DNA from: Psychrobacter cryohalolentis K5
GTDB lineage: Bacteria; Pseudomonadota; Gammaproteobacteria; Pseudomonadales; Moraxellaceae
DNA: 32,000 nt
Direction of reading: 5' to 3'
NCBI RefSeq assembly: GCF_000013905.1
Contig: NC_007969.1
Location: 510,001 to 542,000, forward strand
Shown here: one piece after another, positions 20,596-27,651 of the stretch
Layout of the letters: each line of letters starts with the position of its first letter
Position numbering within the stretch: position 1 is the first letter of the stretch
Position numbers and translations under genes: made by a program
Notes under the pieces: model-generated
What the model was told of the DNA's origin: nothing
Seen by the model: only the letters and a program-made list of their open reading frames with translations
Databases searched by the model: none

Positions 20596-21084
20596 TTAAT
20601 TACCACGGTGATAAGGGTGGTTATGATTGATACTCATCGCGCGATATAGCTGCTCCATGAGGACAACGCGCACTAAAGGATGCGGTAGCGTAAGCGCCGA
20701 TAACGACCATTTCACATCTGCTTTTGCCAATACCTCTGGTGACACACCATCGGCACCACCGATGACCAAAGCGATATCATCGCCTTGCTGCATACCATCA
20801 GACAATTTATCTGCCAAATTTTCGGTCGATAGCATCTTACCCTTGACATCAAGTACCCACAATTGCTCACGTCCTGCTACAGCATGAGCGGCTAATATCG
20901 CCTGACCTTCTTGCTCACGGTATTGAGCTAAATTGGCATCTGATGGATTCTTAGCACGTTTTGCCGCCGCAATTTCAACGACTTCGGTAGTGAGCATAGG
21001 CTGAATACGCTTATGATATTCATCGAAACCAGTTTGTACCCACTTGGGCATTTTATTACCTACGGTCAAAATTCTTACTTTCAT
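20596..21084 (-). CDS. rlmH: 23S rRNA (pseudouridine1915-N3)-methyltransferase RlmH
   Basis: MKVRILTVGNKMPKWVQTGFDEYHKRI.. and ..LVIGGADGVSPEV..SLSALTLPHPLVRV.. match the SPOUT RlmH family. The start is placed at the ATG at 21084, the family-typical N-terminus. An upstream ATG at 21096 is also possible. Confidence 0.92.
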   Translation of the reverse strand: MKVRILTVGNKMPKWVQTGFDEYHKRIQPMLTTEVVEIAAAKRAKNPSDANLAQYREQEGQAILAAHAVAGREQLWVLDVKGKMLSTENLADKLSDGMQQGDDIALVIGGADGVSPEVLAKADVKWSLSALTLPHPLVRVVLMEQLYRAMSINHNHPYHRGN

Positions 21085-21330
21085 AACAGCTGCCATTTTA
21101 AGAAGTGGTTAAATAAATGTAATAAGAAAACCTGTTAAATACTAGATTCTTTGCTCAAGACGTATTTGATAAATAATTATTCTGTATGATTTTAATGCTT
21201 TCAAAGCCCACTTACTTACTAATAGTCCAACAGCTACCTAAAAAGGATAAAGTAAGACAAAGAGAAGAGTCATACTGCTCTATCCTTTTTAGAGCTGATC
21301 AAGTTTTTAGTAAAAATTTTATCAACTGTA

Positions 21331-21870
21331 TTACATAAGCGGAGCAATCGTCTCTGAGACTGTGTCTTCTGCTTCTGGATCATCATTAGAGGTATTCGGT
21401 TTTGGAATAATGGTGAGTTTAGCATCCGACTCAAAAACAACGGCTTCAACCTCATCAAAATTATGAATACCCTCAGAGCGCATGGCACATTCAATTTCTT
21501 GGCGGGTCAAACGTTCATCGCGCATGGCATCGGGTAAAAACTGCCCTTGATAAAAGACAATGCGCGGCTCAGATAAAATAAAGCTGCTAAATTGTGGCGA
21601 AATAGAGGCGTATTTGGTGACCAAAAATTGTAATAAATACAGTGAAAGAATAGCCGCCATACCTTCGATAATCGGAATATCTTTGAGTAAAATTGTGCTG
21701 GCACTTAATGACCCAATCATCACCGTAACAATCCAGTCAAAATTATTTAGCTGAGAGGTTGATCGTTTGCCTGAAATTTTAGTAAACGTAACAATCAAAA
21801 CGTAGACCACGACCGTGGTCAGAATAATACGTCCAAGCTTATCAACATTGTCAAAAAAAATCATTTCCAT
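21331..21870 (-). CDS. DUF421 (YetF-like) membrane protein
   Basis: 179 aa. It has an N-terminal TM region, the block ..ISGKRSTSQLNNFDWIVTVMIGS.., and a C-terminal soluble domain (LTRQEIECAMRSEGIHNFDEVEAVVFESDAKLTII) typical of the family, recognised from memory. SD AGGAG precedes the start. Confidence 0.72.
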   Translation of the reverse strand: MEMIFFDNVDKLGRIILTTVVVYVLIVTFTKISGKRSTSQLNNFDWIVTVMIGSLSASTILLKDIPIIEGMAAILSLYLLQFLVTKYASISPQFSSFILSEPRIVFYQGQFLPDAMRDERLTRQEIECAMRSEGIHNFDEVEAVVFESDAKLTIIPKPNTSNDDPEAEDTVSETIAPLM

Positions 21871-21992
21871 GGTCTTATCTCCTATTCATCAAAGTTCATC
21901 AGCGTAAATACAGCGTAACGGAATTTAGAGATGAATAGGGCAAAAACTTTGTAGTTGCTTGTTTATAACGTTCAATTGTTGAAAGTAAGCAA

Positions 21993-22508
21993 TTAAGCGC
22001 CCTTGCGATTAGGGTCGAGCAAACGATTGATAGCCCAAATACTGATGCGTGCGCTTACTAAGCTTAGTACCAATATCATGACCAATGCAGAAACCAGAGG
22101 CAGAGGCTGCTGCATACTCATCTCAAGCAGTACTTCACGGCTGATGGCATCAAATAAAAATACCCATATCCCTAGAAAGTAAATCATAGTGAGTAGCCAA
22201 ACCACGATAACGCCGCCAAACATCAAGCGGTTGATCTCGTCTCTATCTAGTGCCCGCTGCTGGTGCTTGATAAACTTATGCACGGAAATATAAGCGCCCA
22301 AGACGACAGACAGCACAGTAACCAATTGCGCATTGAGAGCAAGCTTGGTTTGAATCATCATAAATACAGAGCTGGCAAGCATATAGCCAACGGCAAAAAA
22401 CCCAATATAGAGCATCAATTTGGGTTGAGTGGCAGTTGTATTTAAGTGTGATCCTTTACGTCCTGATGGGGTGATAGGTTTGCTAAGTGACGCGGGCTTA
22501 CGTGACAT
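21993..22508 (-). CDS. Hypothetical inner-membrane protein (about 4 predicted TM helices)
   Basis: 171-aa ORF with a basic N-terminal tail and four hydrophobic stretches. SD AAAGGA precedes the start. It lies 39 nt downstream of the PBP4 gene on the same strand. I recognise no domain. Confidence 0.5.
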   Translation of the reverse strand: MSRKPASLSKPITPSGRKGSHLNTTATQPKLMLYIGFFAVGYMLASSVFMMIQTKLALNAQLVTVLSVVLGAYISVHKFIKHQQRALDRDEINRLMFGGVIVVWLLTMIYFLGIWVFLFDAISREVLLEMSMQQPLPLVSALVMILVLSLVSARISIWAINRLLDPNRKGA

Positions 22509-22547
22509 AAAATGTCCTTTATAAAGTAAATAATCTGGCGTAAAAAA

Positions 22548-24671
22548 TTAATGCTGCGCTGTCCAATCTAGCATGGCGTCCAGTACCGTTCTTGCTGTAT
22601 AAGTATTTAGCGCTTGCTCATTATTGATCAGTCCCACTACCACATAATCCTGTCCTGATAAGCCTTTGACATAGCCTGCCATCGAAGTGACATTGTTTAA
22701 AGTACCTGTTTTTATCCAAGCTCGACCAATGGCGTTTGATTCTGGTAAACGCTCGCTATGTGTCAAAATGGTGCCACTGACGCCAGCAATACCTAACGAG
22801 TTTACATAAGCATTAAAGCTTGGGTGAGCGTAAGCATAAGTCAGCAGCTCGCTTAGATTAGCAGCGCTGATAGTACAATCACGGCACAACCCAGAACCAT
22901 TGGTCAGATGTGGCGGCGGCGTGCTTAGATGCGTTTGCCACCATTCGTTGATGGTTTGTAAGGCAGCAGGGTAGCTCGTTGTCGCAGGCTTACCAAATTG
23001 ATATAAGCTGTGCTGACTATTAATAGCTTTATCGACGTTTTTATTAATGGTTGGATTAACGGTTTCATCTTTGGGTTTATGATAAGCGCCTATTGATAGC
23101 GCCACTTGTTCAGTCATCACATTATTAGAGAAATGATTGATATCATAAATTTGCTGCGTTAAGTTTAAAGAAGGATAACTAACAATTGGTAAAGGCGACA
23201 TTGGTAGAGCTGCCAAACCGCGCGCTGATATGGATTTCTTATTCTTATATGGTGTTTCTTGAGCGACAACGTTGCCCGTTAGCGTATTATCCAGTGCTTG
23301 CCATTTGGCTTTGATCACGCGAGCCGCAAAATCTTTGGCATCAGGATAAGCGACATAAAAAGCATGGTTGCCGCAGTTATCGGGTAAAGAGGTATCAAAG
23401 GTCAGCTGAGTTGCTTGCCACTGCGGCGCTAAGCTATAACGTGCTTGACCACAGGCAGAGGGGCGTATATTTATCTTACTTGGCAACTTATAATCTGCCA
23501 GCTGCGGCGTATAAGTCAGCTGTGCTTGGGCATTATTTAATGGATAGCTTTGGATACCAATAGTACTGAAATTGACCAGAAAACCATCGGGACTGGCGTT
23601 ATAAGGACGTAAAGGCGCGTTATCAAATGCCGCAGGATCTTTAGTGACATGGTTAAAAATAGTGCTATCTACAATGATATCGCCATCGATATGACGGATG
23701 CCTGCTGCTTTCACTTTATAGAGCAATTGCTGTAAGCGCTCATGGGTCATTTTTGGGTCGCCACTGCCTTGAATTATCAAATCACCAAGCAATGTATTAC
23801 CAATGATAATACCAGTATGATAAACGCGCGTATGCCAGACAAAGTCAGCGCCTAAGATATCTAAGGCAATAAAGCTAGGAACGAGTTTCATCGTGCTGGC
23901 GGGCGTACGTGCTATGTCAGGCTGATGATTGAGTAATGGCGAAAACGATATTTTTATTGAGGTCTCACTGTCAGATTTTTTATTGTCGCTGTTATTATTA
24001 TCTGCGCCGTTAGCACTGATATTGTCGTTCTGACTGGAAGAATAATTAGCAGTATTTAACACGTTTTCTGGCAGTAATGACGGAGTACTCATCAAGCTTT
24101 GGTGGGTATAAGGATCATCGGTATAAGCGTGTAATTGTCTGTCGTGCTGTCTGATGGTTTGCTTTTCGATGGTTACTAACGCGCTTTGGTAATTGGCTAA
24201 CGGCTTAGGACTCTGCTTGTTTCGAACCAGTTTTTGCTTGCTGTTATTGGCATCAGTATTTATCTCGTCTGAGCTTGCAGGCTGCAATTGATTGACCGCC
24301 TTTTTCCTGTCGATAACCTGAACGGCAGAGGGCAAGCGGCTGGCGTTTTTGTCACCCACTGGCGTAATGACAATACTGATGTCTGCTGCGCTTAAATGGG
24401 CTCGCGCTAATGCCGTTTCAATCTCTTGCGGTAAGGCAGCGTGCAGATGTAATGGCACTAAGGTAGGAGCGACAACTAATGCCAATAAAGATAGACGTTG
24501 ACCGATATTTTTCAGCGTTTGCAAATATTGGCTAATGGCTGTTGTGCGTATAGAAGGGTTATGAGTTCTAAGTAGAGTTGGTTTTACTAAGGAGCGCATG
24601 AGCAGCCTATCATCAGGTGGCAAAAACAGGCTATGGTAACATGAGTTACTGTTTTCGCGTAGCTGTAGCAT
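22548..24671 (-). CDS. dacB: D-alanyl-D-alanine carboxypeptidase/endopeptidase, PBP4 (peptidase S13) family, with a large N-proximal insertion
   Basis: Motifs: SxxK (PASTMKLV), DGSGL-like (TNGSGLCRD), KTG (WIKTGTL) and GSGDP. Coordinates give the maximal ORF. The true start may be the ATG at 24599 or the TTG at 24524, which would give a classical signal peptide (M)QTLKNIGQRLSLLALVVAPTLVPLHLHA/A. Confidence 0.85.
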   Translation of the reverse strand: MLQLRENSNSCYHSLFLPPDDRLLMRSLVKPTLLRTHNPSIRTTAISQYLQTLKNIGQRLSLLALVVAPTLVPLHLHAALPQEIETALARAHLSAADISIVITPVGDKNASRLPSAVQVIDRKKAVNQLQPASSDEINTDANNSKQKLVRNKQSPKPLANYQSALVTIEKQTIRQHDRQLHAYTDDPYTHQSLMSTPSLLPENVLNTANYSSSQNDNISANGADNNNSDNKKSDSETSIKISFSPLLNHQPDIARTPASTMKLVPSFIALDILGADFVWHTRVYHTGIIIGNTLLGDLIIQGSGDPKMTHERLQQLLYKVKAAGIRHIDGDIIVDSTIFNHVTKDPAAFDNAPLRPYNASPDGFLVNFSTIGIQSYPLNNAQAQLTYTPQLADYKLPSKINIRPSACGQARYSLAPQWQATQLTFDTSLPDNCGNHAFYVAYPDAKDFAARVIKAKWQALDNTLTGNVVAQETPYKNKKSISARGLAALPMSPLPIVSYPSLNLTQQIYDINHFSNNVMTEQVALSIGAYHKPKDETVNPTINKNVDKAINSQHSLYQFGKPATTSYPAALQTINEWWQTHLSTPPPHLTNGSGLCRDCTISAANLSELLTYAYAHPSFNAYVNSLGIAGVSGTILTHSERLPESNAIGRAWIKTGTLNNVTSMAGYVKGLSGQDYVVVGLINNEQALNTYTARTVLDAMLDWTAQH

Positions 24672-24745
24672 GTAGTTGTAAGCGTGCTTTTATTTTAATC
24701 TTTTATCTTAAAGCCTTGTCTAAATAATGCATTTTAGCCATTATA

Positions 24746-25357
24746 TTAGCGCATATGCAAAAATGCCATTGCCGTCATGATGGCGTCATTATAAGCATCG
24801 TGGGTGCCAAGCTCAGGAATATTATAATGCGCCAAGATACTATTCAAATGCTGTGCTTGGCTTGAAAGCCCTTGGCTACGACCCATCATACGCCGGCTAT
24901 AAAGGGGGCGGATATCGATAATCTCATTGGGCAAATGAGTACCCATATAATGCTTTACTAAAGGGTTTAAGAACCCGACGTCTATTTGCGGACAAAACCC
25001 CACAAGTGGCCGATTGCTAATAAAGGGCAATAGTAACCCCAGCATCTCATCATAGCTCATCGCATGCTCAACATCGGCGGTGCGCAGTCCATGAATGACA
25101 ATGGTATCGCCCTCAGGCATGACAGGCGGTCTGCAAAGCAGATGCAGCCCATTTCCTGTATCAATCTTATCGCCATTGATATGAATGGCAGCTACCGATA
25201 ATAGGTGATGCTTCTTTGGATTGAGTCCGGTCATCTCACAATCAATCGCAACCCACTGCTCATCGACAGGTGCCGTAAACATTGATGCCAGTTCAGGTCG
25301 CTGTAATTGGTTTTTTTGCCAAGCAGTAGACAGCTGTTTTAGCCAGTTCATCGTCAT
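24746..25357 (-). CDS. Stand-alone DEDDh 3'-5' exonuclease (DnaQ/epsilon-like domain only)
   Basis: 203 aa. ExoI VAIDCEMTGL, an Exo II-like Asp (QIDVGFL), and ExoIII HDAYNDAIMTA. SD GGAGA precedes the start. It begins 26 nt after the stop of the upstream gene. Confidence 0.8.
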   Translation of the reverse strand: MTMNWLKQLSTAWQKNQLQRPELASMFTAPVDEQWVAIDCEMTGLNPKKHHLLSVAAIHINGDKIDTGNGLHLLCRPPVMPEGDTIVIHGLRTADVEHAMSYDEMLGLLLPFISNRPLVGFCPQIDVGFLNPLVKHYMGTHLPNEIIDIRPLYSRRMMGRSQGLSSQAQHLNSILAHYNIPELGTHDAYNDAIMTAMAFLHMR

Positions 25358-25383
25358 CTATCTCCAAGGCTAACCGGTTTACC

Positions 25384-27327
25384 TTAACCAAATTCAAGCT
25401 GATAATGTCGGCTTAACTGGTCTTTAAAGCTTTTTACTACCGCCAAACACTCTTTTAATAAATCACGCTCAAGGGCAGACAAGGTCGTTGGATCGACTTC
25501 TTTTGCATGCTTATTGTCTGTCAATAAAGCAACCGATAGGCGCTGCGCCATAAAGAACTCTAATGCCTCAAGTAAGGTATCGGCACGCTCTTGGGTTAAG
25601 GCCCGAGCTTGAACCAAAGCTTTCAGACGACCTTTGCTGCTAGCATCAGTAAAGAGATCGTTTTCTAACGCCAAGGTACGGATACCATGTACCAATGGAA
25701 AGATACCCGCTTTTTTGAGGTCAATAGTATAAGCGCTTGGTTTACCACCTAATAACGGTACTAGCTTTTGCCACCATTGATTGACATCGCCGAACTGTAG
25801 CGCTGCTCGTGCAAATTGGCGCACGAACATCAAGTCTGACTGCCTATGGGCCGTCTTCAGATGTTCACGAACCTGCGTCAATAGCGTTTCATCACCGCAG
25901 ACATATTCACCATCAAATATAGCGGATAAATAAATACTGTGCATCGGGTCAGTGTTTTTAAACCATAGACTAATCTGCGCTTTAAACGCTTTTAATGGTT
26001 GCCGCCACATGGGATTATTCATCATAATGTTGCCGTCGCATAGCGGATAGCCAAGTTCTGCTAAGTGCTGGTTAAAGGTATCGGCAAATTGTGCCAGCTT
26101 AGGGTGGTCATAACCATCACGCATGATGAGCGCATTGTCTTGATCGGTACGCATGATTTGCTCGCCGCGACCCTCTGAGCCCATGACGATAACACAGGTA
26201 TTCTCCATTACTTCATCAGGAACGATAAGTTGCCAAAGTTTGGTAAATACTTGCGCGTTAAGGGTTTGTACCATGCGGCTGACGTTGCCCATTTTGATAC
26301 CGTTTTGATGCTGAGCACGTATATATCGCCCAATGAGTTCAACTGCGGTCGCCAAACTTGGCAAATCTGTGGCTTGGTTAATTTGAATACTAATCAGCTG
26401 AGAATGATGACCAATATGAGCAAGCATATCGCCTTGTGCAAGCACACCGATGACTTTACCATTGGTATCTATCACTGGTAACCTGTGAATGCGATAGCGA
26501 GTCATGGTTAGTAACGCATCACCAATCTCATTATCAGCGTTAATGGTTCGCAGATTAAAACTTGCATAGTTTTGACAAGGCGTTGTAACAGTGTTTTGTT
26601 GGTCGCTGACGGCGCGGCAGATATCATTATCGCTGAGGATACCCAAGGTACGATCGGAGCTATTTTTATCTTGTAAATGTCCTGGTGGGCGTATCAAAAC
26701 ATGCTTCAATCCAGCCTCAGTCATGGTACGTGCTGCTTGATATAGACTATCGTCTGCGTCAACGATATGGACTGGTAGTAAAGTAATATCAATCACCGGC
26801 TGTAGCATGATTTGCTGTACTTCCTGAGGGTCGTCATAGCTGGTAGCGTCAAGTTTTTTTCCACCATGCCTCAGCTGTAAAGCTTTTAAACGCTCTGGCA
26901 GATTTTCTGACAATAATTGGCGTACGAAATGGTTTTGGGCACCGATTTTATCAATGATTACCCCATTTACTTGCAGCAATAAAGTATCTTCGACAGCGCG
27001 AAACTGATAAGCAGCCGGCTGCGAATCAATGTTTTTATCTTCTTGCAGCCCATCTTCTATGAGCGACTCTGGTGAGCGCCTGCTATCAAACCAATCATTA
27101 CTATTAAGATGGGCAGTATGGTTGTTGCCCAAATAAGAGGCGACAAAATCACCATCTAACAACTGCTCGACATGACCTTTAAGCACCACATAGAAGTACT
27201 GCAAATCATCCGCTGGTAACATCTCATCTTTGGCAAGATAACGCACTTGGGTATTTTTTTTGATACTTTGGCGTTCAGCGGCATTTAATACATCAAATGG
27301 TGGTTGGGTAAAATCAAGATGGGGCAT
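25384..27327 (-). CDS. Putative signal-sensing nucleotidyltransferase: weak cNMP-binding-like N-terminus, two CBS domains, DUF294 pol-beta-type nucleotidyltransferase domain and its substrate-binding domain
   Basis: 647 aa. Two CBS-like repeats (..VHIVDADDSLYQAARTMTEAGLKHVLI.. and ..RTINADNEIGDALLTMTRYRIHRLPVID..). NTase signature VMGSEGRGEQIMRTDQDNAL, i.e. G-S-x10-D-x-D (nt about 26137-26181). The C-terminal helical domain is of GlnD/GlnE-like type. SD AAGGAT precedes the start. Confidence 0.8.
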   Translation of the reverse strand: MPHLDFTQPPFDVLNAAERQSIKKNTQVRYLAKDEMLPADDLQYFYVVLKGHVEQLLDGDFVASYLGNNHTAHLNSNDWFDSRRSPESLIEDGLQEDKNIDSQPAAYQFRAVEDTLLLQVNGVIIDKIGAQNHFVRQLLSENLPERLKALQLRHGGKKLDATSYDDPQEVQQIMLQPVIDITLLPVHIVDADDSLYQAARTMTEAGLKHVLIRPPGHLQDKNSSDRTLGILSDNDICRAVSDQQNTVTTPCQNYASFNLRTINADNEIGDALLTMTRYRIHRLPVIDTNGKVIGVLAQGDMLAHIGHHSQLISIQINQATDLPSLATAVELIGRYIRAQHQNGIKMGNVSRMVQTLNAQVFTKLWQLIVPDEVMENTCVIVMGSEGRGEQIMRTDQDNALIMRDGYDHPKLAQFADTFNQHLAELGYPLCDGNIMMNNPMWRQPLKAFKAQISLWFKNTDPMHSIYLSAIFDGEYVCGDETLLTQVREHLKTAHRQSDLMFVRQFARAALQFGDVNQWWQKLVPLLGGKPSAYTIDLKKAGIFPLVHGIRTLALENDLFTDASSKGRLKALVQARALTQERADTLLEALEFFMAQRLSVALLTDNKHAKEVDPTTLSALERDLLKECLAVVKSFKDQLSRHYQLEFG

Positions 27328-27374
27328 GGCATCATCCTTGATGGCATAAGCAATAAGAGGGATGTAAGTATGAT

Positions 27375-27509
27375 AAATACAGTCAGGGAAAAGTAATATC
27401 GATACATCAAGTACTGCTGATATTCATTTTTCCTGCTTGCTGTGCCTGCGCAGACAGAGGCTGCAAAAAATTTATATCAGCAGCACTGTAGCGTTTTTGA
27501 GATATTTTG
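27375..27509. repeat. 135-nt imperfect-palindromic intergenic repeat, copy B
   Basis: It aligns without gaps to 13993-14127. The stem 27412-27423 pairs with 27474-27485. A perfect central palindrome, CTGCGCAG, lies at 27446-27453. Confidence 0.85.
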
Positions 27510-27578
27510 ACTATATATCATCAAATGGCGGTGCTGTATAATTCGGCTATAAGACTTACTATAGCATCATCTAACAGA

Positions 27579-27621
27579 AAACCGCCAATAACCATAATTA
27601 TATTATGGTTATTGGCGGTTT
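27579..27621 (-). terminator. Terminator of dapC: unusually long perfect hairpin
   Basis: AAACCGCCAATAACCATAAT (27579-27598), loop TAT, ATTATGGTTATTGGCGGTTT (27602-27621), giving a 20-bp perfect stem. On the minus-strand transcript it is followed by TTTTCTGTT. It lies 31 nt after the dapC stop. Confidence 0.75.
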
Positions 27622-27651
27622 GTTAAGCTTAATGCGTTTTAAATAGCGATT

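Noticed and set aside
27579-27621. The 20-bp perfect palindrome containing ..CCATAATTATATTATGG.. as a possible dif/XerCD site, given that ftsK is in the window
   Set aside because: The symmetric arms leave an odd 3-5-nt centre instead of the 6-bp dif central region. The arms match the XerC/XerD consensus arms only partially. Its position, 31 nt after the dapC stop with a following U-tract, fits a transcription terminator.
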